A stretch of 28,690 nucleotides of DNA, from NCBI GenBank assembly GCA_040752415.1, contig JBFMGU010000136.1, positions 1 to 28,690 on the forward strand, given 5' to 3'. The position numbers and the translations under genes were made by a program. This document shows positions 1 through 9,224 of this stretch, piece by piece. Within the stretch, counting starts at the first letter, position 1, and each line of letters begins with the position of its first letter. Origin of the DNA: Myxococcota bacterium. GTDB taxonomy: Bacteria > Myxococcota > JACRCW01. The notes beneath the pieces were generated by a model, which saw nothing but the letters and a program-made list of their open reading frames with translations, was not told where the DNA came from and searched no databases.

Positions 1-164
1 TAGACGCCACCTCAATTCTCCGCCTGTGCCCACGTCGAAGATCAACATGGCTGCACAGGTCCAGCCAAACATGCGGCGAATCGGCAGGGCGGACGTCACC
101 TCCCTATGATGCCTGCGAAACGGGTCCCACGGCCTCGTGGTGAGCAGGACTTGTCGTTTTGTTG

Positions 165-185
165 CCTGCCAATCTCATTGGCAGG
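165..185. repeat. Perfect palindrome CCTGCCAAT-CTC-ATTGGCAGG (REP-like, 9-bp stem, 3-nt loop)
   Basis: 165-173 is the exact reverse complement of 177-185. The same core recurs at 18025-18037, 18642-18654 and 25137-25149, and as a variant in the array at 208-395. Confidence 0.9.
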
Positions 186-207
186 GAGTCCGTCCCAGGA
201 GAGCCGC

Positions 208-395
208 GCTCAATCTCATTGGCGGGAACCAGCTCAATCTCATTGGCGGGAACCAGCTCAATCTCATTGGCGGGAACCAGCTCAATCTCATTGGCGGGAA
301 CCAGCTCAATCTCATTGGCGGGAACCAGCTCAATCTCATTGGCGGGAACCAGCTCTCATTGGCGGGAATCAGCTCAATCTCATTGGCGGGAACCA
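208..395 (+). repeat. Tandem array of eight copies of GCTCAATCTCATTGGCGGGAACCA (24 bp)
   Basis: Six identical units at 208-351, one 20-bp unit with a 4-bp deletion and a C>T change (352-371), and one more perfect unit (372-395). No spacers. Confidence 0.97.
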
Positions 396-460
396 GGAGC
401 GTCGTGGCTCGTGTTCGCCCTCGTACACCGGGGCCGGCCCGGCGTGTTACTCGTCATCGG

Positions 461-1321
461 GTGAGCACGCAGTCCTTCCCAGACTGGTTGGAGCCCATGG
501 CGGCCACTCTCACGGAGGAGCGGTTCGCCGGTGCCCAGTGGAGCTTCGAGCGCAAGATCGACGGCATCCGCCTGCTGGCGTTCAAACAAGGCCAGCACGT
601 CAAGCTGTTCTCCCGGACGCGCAGGGAGCAGCAGCTGCCGCACATTGCGCACGCCGTGGCCTCCCTCCTCCCGCATGACCTGATTCTCGACGGAGAGGTG
701 GAATGGGATGGCAGTGCCTTCCACGTCTTTGACGTGCTGTGGATGGACGGTCAGGCCAGCACCGCGGAGCCGCTGGAGCAACGGCGCGCCCGACTGAGCC
801 AACTGGACCTGCAGCCGCCGCTGCTCCGCGTGCCCGTTCTCCACGACGACAAACCCTGGGAACGCGCCGCCGCCGAGGGCTGGGAAGGCGTCATCGCCAA
901 GCGCGTTGGGTCCCCGTATGAGCACCGTCGCTCGCGCCTGTGGCTGAAGATGAAGTGTGAGGCGTCGCAGGAGCTGGTGGTGGGGGGATTCACCGAGCCG
1001 CAAGGGAAACGCGTGGGCCTGGGGGCATTGCTCGTGGGGTATTTCCAGGGCGGGGACTTCGTGTTCGCGGGGAAGGTTGGAACCGGGCTGGACACCCGGA
1101 TGCTCCTCGAGCTGCGCGCGCGCCTCGACGCCGCGGCCATTCCAGGCTCGCCGTTCACCGTCGCCACCGGGCTTCCCCGCGACCGTGTGCGCTGGGTGCG
1201 ACCCGACGTGGTGGTGCAGGTGGCCTTCCTGGAGTGGACCGGTCACGGAAAGATGCGCCATCCCAGGCTGCTGGGCATCCGCAACGACAAGCCGGCGCGC
1301 GCCGTGGTGAGGGAATCGTGA
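461..1321 (+). CDS. ligD: ATP-dependent DNA ligase, stand-alone LigD-type ligase domain (~286 aa)
   Basis: Ligase motifs ERKIDGIR (KxDG), LDGEV, FHVFDVL, WEGVIAK, WLKMK; OB domain VVGGFTEPQG...GKVGTG and RHPRLLGIRNDK. Start placed at GTG 461 because the longer ORF from 137 runs through the tandem repeat. Confidence 0.9.
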   Translation: MSTQSFPDWLEPMAATLTEERFAGAQWSFERKIDGIRLLAFKQGQHVKLFSRTRREQQLPHIAHAVASLLPHDLILDGEVEWDGSAFHVFDVLWMDGQASTAEPLEQRRARLSQLDLQPPLLRVPVLHDDKPWERAAAEGWEGVIAKRVGSPYEHRRSRLWLKMKCEASQELVVGGFTEPQGKRVGLGALLVGYFQGGDFVFAGKVGTGLDTRMLLELRARLDAAAIPGSPFTVATGLPRDRVRWVRPDVVVQVAFLEWTGHGKMRHPRLLGIRNDKPARAVVRES

Positions 1322-2202
1322 TCAGCCACCCGGAGAAGGTGTTGTTCCCCGACGCCGGCATCACCAAGGGTGAGCTGGCCACGTACTACGAGCAGATTGC
1401 GCCCGGGCTGCTGCCGCACCTCGCGCGGCGGCCGTTGACGATGGAGAGATACCCGTCGGGGATTGCGAAGAAGGGCTTCTGGCAGAAGGACGCGCCCAAG
1501 GGGACGCCCGCGTGGGTGGAGCGCGCCGCGGTCCCGCATCGGAGCGGCGTGGTCCACTACCCGCTCATCACCGACGTACGCGGTGTGCTCTGGACGGCGA
1601 ATCTCAACGCGATCACGCATCACGTGTGGACCACGCGCGCGCCCGACCTCTTTGGGCCGGACATCTGCGTCTTCGACCTCGACCCCTCGGAGAATGAGAA
1701 GCCGGAGCAGCTGCGCTCCGCCACGTTGCTGCTGCGCGACCTCCTCGAAGAGCTTCAGCTTCCCAGCTGGGTGAAGACGACGGGCTCGAAGGGATTCCAC
1801 GTGGTGGTCCCGCTCGACGGGCAGACGGATACCGCCCAGTCCGCTGCCTTTGCGCACACCGTGGGCGCGTTGCTGGTCAGGCGGCACCCACACATCTTCA
1901 CGCAGCAGTTCCTGAAGGCAGACCGCGCGGGCCGGATTCTCGTCGACACCGGCCGCAACGAGCCGGGAGCGACCTTTGCCACCGCCTACACCGTCCGCGC
2001 CCGTGCAGGTGCCCCGGTGTCCGCGCCGTGCACGTGGGAAGAGATTGAGCGCGGCGAGGTGAGCCCGGCGTCATTCCACGTTCGCAACATGGCGCGGCGC
2101 ATGGACGCGGTGGGCGAGCTGTGGTCGGGGTTGCACGCGCGCGGGGCGTCGCTGCGGGAGGCGATGCCCCACCTGGAACGGTTGGCCGCGAGCGTTGCGT
2201 AG
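1318..2202 (+). CDS. LigD-type polymerase domain (AEP primase-polymerase), stand-alone (~294 aa)
   Basis: N-terminal ISHPEKVLFP..ITKGELATYY; AEP motifs VFDLDP, KTTGSKGFH, ILVD; GAPVSAP.TWEE. GTGA overlap with the ligase stop codon. Confidence 0.92.
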   Translation: MISHPEKVLFPDAGITKGELATYYEQIAPGLLPHLARRPLTMERYPSGIAKKGFWQKDAPKGTPAWVERAAVPHRSGVVHYPLITDVRGVLWTANLNAITHHVWTTRAPDLFGPDICVFDLDPSENEKPEQLRSATLLLRDLLEELQLPSWVKTTGSKGFHVVVPLDGQTDTAQSAAFAHTVGALLVRRHPHIFTQQFLKADRAGRILVDTGRNEPGATFATAYTVRARAGAPVSAPCTWEEIERGEVSPASFHVRNMARRMDAVGELWSGLHARGASLREAMPHLERLAASVA

Positions 2203-2237
2203 CGTCGGATGGTGACGGCGGGACCGCGCCGGATCCC

Positions 2238-3434
2238 TCACGCCGGCGGGACGAAGAGCCACTTGCCGTCGCGGGCGAACGCCAGCAGCGGGTGGTAGCG
2301 CGGCTGACCAGCGGTGTCGACGACGTCCTCGACCTTCCTGGCGGAGGTGTTGAGGTTGTCCAGGATGTACTCCCCGTCCGGCATCTTCACGGACAGGACG
2401 GCGTGAGCCCGGCCGGTGGACTTCTCGATGACGACGAGGAGCTTGAACTGGTCTTCGGTGAAGCCCAGGCGCTTGAGGGCCGCGTACTTCACCATGCAGT
2501 AGTCTTCGCAGTCGCCGCGCTGCTTGGCCATGAACTCCAGCGGGCTGGCCCAGTAGTCCTCGACGCCATAGTTCGACGCGTCACTCGCGAAGAGCCAGCC
2601 GTTGACGAGCGAATTGACGCGCTGCAGCTGGAAGGCCGGCGACTGGTTGCGAATCCCCTCGAGCTCGTTGCGCAGGTAACGCGCGGCGGGCGAGAGCGTG
2701 CTGGGCGTGTCCCACTGCGGCATCTCGGCGTCCGTCTTGGCCAGCACGTTGGTCCACTTGCCATCCAGGCCCGTCACCGACGTGGGAATCATCTGCCGGC
2801 CCCAGATCACCGGGTCAGGTTGCGTGGGCGCCGGCGGGGGCGTGACAACGGGGGTGGACGGCGGAGGAACGTTGATGAGCGAGGGGTGGAGAATGCGCGG
2901 CGTGGTTGCGAGCAGCCCGTCGATGACCTCCGCCACCTCCCAGCTCATGAGGTCCGTGGGGGCGGAAACGGTGAGGTCCGTGCGACCCGCGATGGCGAGC
3001 GCGGCGTTGATGGCGGCGACGGTGGCGTTGCCGAGCGACCCGTCGGCGCCCCAGGGGAGCATGAGCAGCTCCGGGCGGTTGCGCGCGTCGGGATGGTGCG
3101 CGCCGATCTTCATCAGCGCACGCTGGACGAGCTGGATGAGCTCACGGGGAGAGGTCTTGGTGAGCTCCACGTTGCCGTCGAGCCAGTCCCGGGTGGCGGG
3201 GTGATCCCGCAGCGCACTGATGGGGCCTGGTGACGGGGTGGCCGGCGTGGTGCCAATCAGCTTCTCCAGCGCGCTCCCGTCGGCAACGACGTCCAGCGCC
3301 TGGTTGCGCAGCGTTGTCACTTCTTCCGCGGGCGCGGTGGGCAGGGCCTGCTCGAGCTCCTGCACGGAAAGCCGGGCGCCTCCGTCCGACGTCACCGAGA
3401 GGAAGGGAGCGAAGCGCGCGGGGATACGGGGCAT
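2238..3434 (-). CDS. Transglutaminase-like cysteine peptidase (BTLCP/LapG, C93) with a putative peptidoglycan-binding domain and Pro-rich linker (~398 aa)
   Basis: C-terminal YGVEDYWASPLEF..RGDCEDY..KY, AHAVL and YILDN give a Cys-His-Asp triad. Mid-protein LVQRALMKIG...GADGSLGNATVAAI resembles PG_binding_1. ATG 3434 has an upstream GGAG. Confidence 0.82.
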   Translation of the reverse strand: MPRIPARFAPFLSVTSDGGARLSVQELEQALPTAPAEEVTTLRNQALDVVADGSALEKLIGTTPATPSPGPISALRDHPATRDWLDGNVELTKTSPRELIQLVQRALMKIGAHHPDARNRPELLMLPWGADGSLGNATVAAINAALAIAGRTDLTVSAPTDLMSWEVAEVIDGLLATTPRILHPSLINVPPPSTPVVTPPPAPTQPDPVIWGRQMIPTSVTGLDGKWTNVLAKTDAEMPQWDTPSTLSPAARYLRNELEGIRNQSPAFQLQRVNSLVNGWLFASDASNYGVEDYWASPLEFMAKQRGDCEDYCMVKYAALKRLGFTEDQFKLLVVIEKSTGRAHAVLSVKMPDGEYILDNLNTSARKVEDVVDTAGQPRYHPLLAFARDGKWLFVPPA

Positions 3435-3558
3435 GGGCAGTTTCTCCGGGGCGCACAATGCGCCGGGAGGCCACGTCGAGGCAATCCCACGAGGTGGGCG
3501 GTGCGCTGGTGTCCGGCGGAGGCGGATCAGCGCGGCCTCCGTGTTGCCCTGCGTTCCT

Positions 3559-5985
3559 TCACCGCACGCGCAACGCACGTCGAGAGCGGCTGCGCAACAG
3601 CACCAGGAACGTGGCCAACGCGAAGAGCGCGGGGCCGGGTGAGCTTTCGTCCGTGGCGCCACAGGCGCAACCGGATGTGTCGGAGCCGTTGTCGCCGTCG
3701 TCGGAAGTGGCGGGAGCGCCGGAGGTGGAGGACCCGCTGGGCGCTCCCGAGGAGCTGCTGCCGCCGGAGGACGAAGACACCGAACCCGAAGTTGCACTGG
3801 AGGAGCTGCTGCTCGAAGACCCCGTGCCCGAGCTTGCACCGCCGGAGGACGACGACGAAGCGGACGAAGACGAGGACGCCGCACTTGACGTGGTGGTCTG
3901 GGAGGACGTTCCACCCGAGGACCCGCTGCTGGACGCCGCCCCGCTGGACGACGCACCGCCGGTCGATGATGTGCCACCCACCGAGGACGAAGCGGTGGCG
4001 GCGGACGAGCCGGTGGCCGACGAGGTGGACGAACTGGCGCTGGAGGTTGCTCCCGTGACGCTGCCCGAAGTCCCGCCGGTGGACGCCGACGAAGACGACG
4101 TGCTGGACGACGAGGAGGAGCTGCTGCCTCCCCCGCCGCCGTATTCCGCGAGCACCTCGACCGCGGTGAGCGCGCGTGGGTAGATGATGACCTCGTCGAG
4201 TGCGCCCTGGAACGTCCCGAAGTCAAACTGGCTGTGACGACCAATCCAGAGGTCGTTGCTGGTGAACGCAATGCTGGACGAGTTGGCGCCCGAGGCAACC
4301 TGCGCTCCGTCGATGAAGAGCGCATGGGTCTGCGCGCTGGCGTCGAAGGTGTAGGCCACGTGATGCCAGGTCCCCGCGTTGCCCGTGGCGTAGAAGTCGA
4401 ACGTGTTGTCCGTCAGCGACGTGCCCCCGGCGAGCCCGCTGAGAAAGCCGTTTCCGTCGATGCGGAAGTCATACGTGGCGTTGTTGGCGTTGAGGATGAT
4501 GCTGTCCGCGCTGTTGTTGGCTTGCGCGTTGACCCACGCCATCAGCGTCAACGACGTGGGCGGCGCGAAGTTGGCCACCTGCACATGACCCTGGGTGCCG
4601 GTGAAATCCAGTGCCCCACCCACCCTGCCCGTGATCCAGGTGGGACCACCCACCAGCGTCCCGGTGTGACCGTTGCCGGAGGAGTCCACCGCGGTGGTCC
4701 CGGTCCCGTCGTCGAGGCGCCACCAGGCCATGGGGCCGGTGGGAGGGCTCCCTGCGTCGGGAACGCCGCCGTCGGGACGGGGCGCGCCATTGAGGTCACG
4801 ACGTCGGTAGTAGATCTGGTAGGACCCACCCCGGTTGTCCAGCCACATGACGTGGGCGTATCCCGGCGTCACCGCGTTGAGTGGCGTCGAGGAATCACCG
4901 GCCGCGCCGGAGGAGACCTGCTCCTCGTCGTCCCAGGTGAGGCCGCCGTTGGGCGTGCGACGGTAGTAGATCTCGCGATTCGCCGGGTTCCGGTCGTCGT
5001 GCCACACCAGGTAGGCGGCGTCGCCCGCGCCGATGATGGAACCGTGGTCGGACGCGTTGGCGCTGAAGGTCAGGCGAATGGGTGTGCCCCAGGTGGCGCC
5101 GTCATCCGTGGACGCCACGGCGAACAGCTTGGAGCCCGTCTCACCCGGCACGTCCACGTTGTAGTTGATGACGACGTTGGAGGTTCCTGCGACGGCGATG
5201 TCGTTCCGGCCCGCGAAGTAGGTGCCGCCGTTGGCGACGTTGGTGATGGTCCCCCAGCTCTGTCCTCCGTCGAGGGAGCGGATGTGGAAGACGTCCGGAC
5301 ACTTGGGGAAGTTGTAGCTGCCCGGCATGCAGGCGCCGTTGTTGGCGCGGTCATCCCAGATGGTCACGTGAACGCTGTCTCCGCGTGCGGCAACCTGCGG
5401 GCGCTCGGCGCCGAACGGCCCCGTCGACGACGCAATCACCACCTCCGGCTCCCAGGTGGTGCCGCGGTCCGGCGAGCGCCGGTAGTACGTGTCCCAGGCA
5501 CCGGAGCGGTAGTCCATCCACACGACGTGGAGGCGATTCGCGGCGTAGGCGATGGAGAGGCGGAATGCCGTGCTGGGGCTGCTGAGCTGGACCGGGGCGT
5601 CCCACGTGGCGCCCCCGTCGCGGGAGCGACGCAGCCAGATGTTTCCGCCATCACGCGCGCAGCACCAGTCCGAGAAGACCTGGATGTTGTCCAGGTAGAT
5701 GACCCACACGTCATCGCCGTCGGCAACCAGCGGATCGGTGAGGTGGAGCGTGCCGCTGCCCAACACCGTCTCCGCGCTCCAGGAGGCGCCTTCGTCGAGG
5801 GAACGGCGGTAGCGGATGTCACTCGTTCCGTAGACCATGTGCACCGTGTTGCCAGTGGCAGCGATGCCCTCGCCGTAGAGGTCACCGCCGCCGGCACTCA
5901 TCAGTCTTTCTTCTTCCCACTGGGCAAGGGCCGGACGGGCCAAACCAAGGAGAAACACCGTGACGACGAGAAATGAGCGGCTCAT
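3559..5985 (-). CDS. Secreted Asp-box/BNR beta-propeller (sialidase-like) + LamG-like lectin domain + Ser/Gly/Thr linker + MYXO-CTERM-like anchor (~808 aa)
   Basis: Signal peptide [21 protein letters not shown]; six S/T-x-D/N-x-G-x-S/T-W boxes; LamG motifs [33 protein letters not shown]-terminal GCACGA...hydrophobic helix...RSRSRR. Confidence 0.85.
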   Translation of the reverse strand: MSRSFLVVTVFLLGLARPALAQWEEERLMSAGGGDLYGEGIAATGNTVHMVYGTSDIRYRRSLDEGASWSAETVLGSGTLHLTDPLVADGDDVWVIYLDNIQVFSDWCCARDGGNIWLRRSRDGGATWDAPVQLSSPSTAFRLSIAYAANRLHVVWMDYRSGAWDTYYRRSPDRGTTWEPEVVIASSTGPFGAERPQVAARGDSVHVTIWDDRANNGACMPGSYNFPKCPDVFHIRSLDGGQSWGTITNVANGGTYFAGRNDIAVAGTSNVVINYNVDVPGETGSKLFAVASTDDGATWGTPIRLTFSANASDHGSIIGAGDAAYLVWHDDRNPANREIYYRRTPNGGLTWDDEEQVSSGAAGDSSTPLNAVTPGYAHVMWLDNRGGSYQIYYRRRDLNGAPRPDGGVPDAGSPPTGPMAWWRLDDGTGTTAVDSSGNGHTGTLVGGPTWITGRVGGALDFTGTQGHVQVANFAPPTSLTLMAWVNAQANNSADSIILNANNATYDFRIDGNGFLSGLAGGTSLTDNTFDFYATGNAGTWHHVAYTFDASAQTHALFIDGAQVASGANSSSIAFTSNDLWIGRHSQFDFGTFQGALDEVIIYPRALTAVEVLAEYGGGGGSSSSSSSSTSSSSASTGGTSGSVTGATSSASSSTSSATGSSAATASSSVGGTSSTGGASSSGAASSSGSSGGTSSQTTTSSAASSSSSASSSSSGGASSGTGSSSSSSSSATSGSVSSSSGGSSSSGAPSGSSTSGAPATSDDGDNGSDTSGCACGATDESSPGPALFALATFLVLLRSRSRRALRVR

Positions 5986-6087
5986 GTCCCGCTTGTTCCA
6001 CGTCCCTTCACATCCCGCAAGGCGACCCATCCCGTTCAGATCTCCTGATCCCGACGCCGTCGCGGAGGACGAAACGGCGATCTTGGC

Positions 6088-6510
6088 TTGGGTGGGGCGG
6101 GACTCCGTGGCGCGACGCCGTGGGCGATTCAGCACGGCGACGTCGGCGGGAACCGGCTGGAGCTGCTGGGCTACGCCTTCACCGGCAAGGTGTGGCTCTT
6201 CGGGGCGGCGGGCGCGCCCATTCCGGTGTGGGGCCTGGGTGCGCTGGCGGCTCCGCTGGTGCAGGCGATCATCCTCGTCGTGCAGGGCACTGAGCGGCCC
6301 GCTTCCGTGGAAGCCCGGCCGCCAGGGCTGTTCGGTCCGCACGAGGAGCCGCCGTCGTTCCCGCGGTGGATTCCGCGCGCGCTCCTCGGCGGGAAGCCGT
6401 CGGACACCGCTACCGACGAGGCGCTTGAGACGCCGTCGCGGGGTAAGCATGAGGCTCCCGCTTGTGCTACGGCGTGCCACGGCCCGGCACACGTTGTCGC
6501 CGGGGGCTAG
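6088..6510 (+). pseudogene. Possible gene remnant or small membrane protein
   Basis: Codons at about 6120-6310 are strongly G/C-ending and encode a hydrophobic stretch ([17 protein letters not shown]...[11 protein letters not shown]). There is no convincing start and the flanks do not look coding. Confidence 0.25.
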
Positions 6511-6532
6511 ACATGGTTGCGAGGTTGGTTGC

Positions 6533-7423
6533 TTGAAGCCTGTCCACGAGCACAACGAGGAAGCGGAAGCCGAGGTTGCAGCGGGTCCACGGTTGGCGCT
6601 GCGCGCGCCGGGGCAGCCCGACAAGGTGGTCCGCGTGGGTCCCGTCTCCGTCGGTGGAGGGCCCTTCGTGGTGATGGCGGGACCGTGTGCCGTGGAGAGT
6701 GCGTCACAGCTGGAGACCACGGCGGCCTCCGTGGCGACGAGCGGGGCGCATGTGCTCCGCGGTGGCGTCTACAAACCACGCACCAGCCCGTACGCGTTCC
6801 AGGGTCTCGGTGAGACCGGCCTCAACATGCTCCGCGACGCGGGCGCACGCCATGGCCTGCCGATTGTCGCCGAGGTGATGAGCGAGGAGCAGGTCCGGCG
6901 CATGGCCACCGACGTCGACCTGCTGCAGGTGGGCGCGCGCAACATGCAGAACTTCTCGCTGCTCAAGGCGGTGAGCGCGGTTCGCAAGCCGGTGCTGTTG
7001 AAGCGCGGATTCGCCAACACCGTCGGGGAGTGGCTGCTGGCCGCGGAGTACATCCTGGACGGAGGGAATCCCGACGTCATCCTGTGTGAGCGCGGCATCC
7101 GGACCTTTGACAACGCCGTCCGTTTCACGCTGGACCTCTCCGCCGTGGCGCTGGTGAAGGAGCGCAGCGCGCTTCCCGTTCTCGTCGACCCGAGCCATGC
7201 CACGGGCAACCGTTCCCTCGTCACGCCCATGGCGTTGGCGGCGGCGGCGGCGGGAGCGGACGGGATCCTCGTCGAGGTGCACCCCGACCCCGAGCACGCA
7301 TTGTGCGACGGACCGCAGGCGCTCACCCCGGAGATGTTCGCCACGTTGATGCGGCGACTGAACGCGTTGATGCCCGCGCTCGGCCGACGGATGGCGCCTT
7401 CCGTGCGAGGCGACGCGCCATGA
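6533..7423 (+). CDS. aroF: DAHP synthase, type I-beta, no N-terminal regulatory domain (~296 aa)
   Basis: Motifs [67 protein letters not shown] start chosen for GAGGT at 6521-6525; ATG 6449 is an alternative. Confidence 0.92.
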   Translation: MKPVHEHNEEAEAEVAAGPRLALRAPGQPDKVVRVGPVSVGGGPFVVMAGPCAVESASQLETTAASVATSGAHVLRGGVYKPRTSPYAFQGLGETGLNMLRDAGARHGLPIVAEVMSEEQVRRMATDVDLLQVGARNMQNFSLLKAVSAVRKPVLLKRGFANTVGEWLLAAEYILDGGNPDVILCERGIRTFDNAVRFTLDLSAVALVKERSALPVLVDPSHATGNRSLVTPMALAAAAAGADGILVEVHPDPEHALCDGPQALTPEMFATLMRRLNALMPALGRRMAPSVRGDAP

Positions 7424-8010
7424 TGCCGTGGGCGGAGTGGAAAGAGGAGGAACTGGCATTGTGCCTCCATTTCGTCGACCCACTGCTGCGCCCGTCGTTG
7501 CTGCAACAGTGGTCCGCGAGCCTGGGCCAGCCGCCGTTTCGCCTTCCGTATGCTGGAAATGTGGTCCTGGTCGGGCACAGGGCTGCGGGAAAGAGCACGC
7601 TGTCGTCGCTCATCGCGGGACGTCTCGCGTGCACGGGCTATGATCTCGACCACGAGATTGAGCTGCGCACCAAGGAACCCTTGCGTGATCTCTTTGCGCG
7701 GGACCAGACCGCGTTCCGACGTCTTGAGCGTGACGTGTTCCGCAGTCTCCCAGGCGGCACGGTGGTTTCCGTCGGGGGCGGGTTCCTGAGTCACCACGCG
7801 GACCTGTTGGAAGGACACCTCGCGGTGCTGGTTCCCATTTCTTTCACGACGTACCGCGAGCGACTGCTCAAGGACGCGACGCGCCCACGACTTCGACCGG
7901 AGCTCTCGCTGGAGGACGAGATTCGCGTCGTCTACGACGAGCGGGAAGCGCTGCATGCGCGAATTCCCACCGTGCCGCTCGCTGACTTCCTTGCGCGGGG
8001 GGTGGTGTGA
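7420..8010 (+). CDS. aroK: Shikimate kinase with a ~45-aa N-terminal extension
   Basis: Walker [40 protein letters not shown] overlap with aroF. Confidence 0.88.
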   Translation: MMPWAEWKEEELALCLHFVDPLLRPSLLQQWSASLGQPPFRLPYAGNVVLVGHRAAGKSTLSSLIAGRLACTGYDLDHEIELRTKEPLRDLFARDQTAFRRLERDVFRSLPGGTVVSVGGGFLSHHADLLEGHLAVLVPISFTTYRERLLKDATRPRLRPELSLEDEIRVVYDEREALHARIPTVPLADFLARGVV

Positions 8011-9224
8011 TGCGGCCTGCGCTCGTCGTCACGTTGCCTCCGATGGGGTCACTGGATGACGCGTTGGCGTTCGCGCACCGGGCGCGTGAGCTTGGTGCGG
8101 ACTTCCTTGAGCTGCGCACGGACCTGCATCCGCTCGACCGGTGGAGTCCGGCTGGGCTTCGCGCGTGGATGCCGCTGCTGGTAGCGCAGCGCGGTGACGT
8201 CGGGATCCCGGCTTCGTGGGAAGGTGCGGCAACCTTGGTGGATCGGCCGCTAAGCACCACTGGCAGGACGACACTTGCCTCCGTACACACCGCTAGGCCG
8301 CTCACCACCGAAGAGGCCGTGGCGTTGTGGGATGGCGTCGACGAGAATGCGCGCATCAAGCACGTGGAACCTCTGGGTGACCTGTCATCCACGCAGCGAC
8401 TGTTCCGCACCCAGGCTGCCTTGCGTGAATTGCATGGTGACCGCGTGACGGTGTTGGCCATGGGCGAGTTGGCCCTGCCGTTCCGCGCCGTCCTCGCCGA
8501 GAACAATGACCTGGACTACGTGGCGCTCAGTGATGCGTGGCGTTCCGCCCCCGGGCAGCGGTTGCTCCAGGATGCGCGGCGGACGCGGGATGCGCGCGAC
8601 AAGACGTCGAGGAGACTGGGCATTCTCGGCAGCCGAATCGCAAGCTCCCGGTCTCCACGCATCCATCCGCAACCGTTCGACCGACTCGAGCTTCCCGACG
8701 ACACCGACGTGGTGGCGCTGTTGCCGCAGTTGCACCCGCACTACGCGGGATTCGCCGTGACCAGCCCGTTCAAACGCACCGCGGCGCGCGCGGTGGGTGC
8801 TGATATGCCCGCGGTCAACACGCTGGTGCGCCTCAGGAACGGCTGGAAGGGCGCGAACACCGACGTGGAAGGCGCGCGTGTGGCGCTGCGGAAGCTCCCC
8901 GACGGTCCACTCACGGTGTTGGGAAACGGCGGCGCCGCGGATGCCATCCGGGCCGCGTTTCCCGAGCGGGACATCCGCGTGGTGCGGCGTGCGGAGGTGG
9001 GCGTGGTGTCGGGTGTCGTCGTGTGGACGTGGCCCGCGCACGTGGCGCCGCCGGACGGGCTTCGGTTCGACCACGCCACCGTCGGGGTGATTGCGTATGG
9101 TCCGCCGGCGTGGAGCATTGCAGCGGACGTCCGCGCGCGTGGTGGCACGCCGCGGATGCTCGGGCCGGCTTGGTTTGTTGCCCAGGCGCGCGCGCAGCGA
9201 CGTCTGTGGAGCGAAGCAGCATGA
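8007..9224 (+). CDS. aroE: Fused type I 3-dehydroquinate dehydratase / shikimate dehydrogenase (AroD-AroE)
   Basis: AroD-like ADFLELRTD, ASVH, RIK, LAMGE, SAPGQ, followed by AroE-like SSRSPRIH, AVTSPFK, AVNT, NTDVEG, GNGGAA, FVAQARAQRRLW. GTGA overlap. Confidence 0.82.
   Translation: MMRPALVVTLPPMGSLDDALAFAHRARELGADFLELRTDLHPLDRWSPAGLRAWMPLLVAQRGDVGIPASWEGAATLVDRPLSTTGRTTLASVHTARPLTTEEAVALWDGVDENARIKHVEPLGDLSSTQRLFRTQAALRELHGDRVTVLAMGELALPFRAVLAENNDLDYVALSDAWRSAPGQRLLQDARRTRDARDKTSRRLGILGSRIASSRSPRIHPQPFDRLELPDDTDVVALLPQLHPHYAGFAVTSPFKRTAARAVGADMPAVNTLVRLRNGWKGANTDVEGARVALRKLPDGPLTVLGNGGAADAIRAAFPERDIRVVRRAEVGVVSGVVVWTWPAHVAPPDGLRFDHATVGVIAYGPPAWSIAADVRARGGTPRMLGPAWFVAQARAQRRLWSEAA

Noticed and set aside
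1..110. 5' end of a minus-strand gene running off the window
   Set aside because: Only about 24 open codons are visible, too few to support a call.
208..395. CRISPR array
   Set aside because: The units are directly adjacent with no unique spacers, and no cas genes are present.
137..460. N-terminal (LNLIGGNQ)n extension of the ligase and overlapping ORFs 106-678 and 159-464
   Set aside because: The repeat has no stop codon in any forward frame, so all three read through. Ligase-like sequence starts only at about 461.
3230..4325. Acidic ORF 3230-4183 (+) and the long N-terminal extension of ORF 2238-4325
   Set aside because: These are shadow frames of the Ser-rich linker of the 3559-5985 gene.
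5960..6720. Long N-terminal extensions of aroF (from 5960) and of the propeller protein (from 6720)
   Set aside because: They overlap each other in antisense, are Arg/Pro-rich and carry no motifs. Better starts exist at 6533 and 5985.
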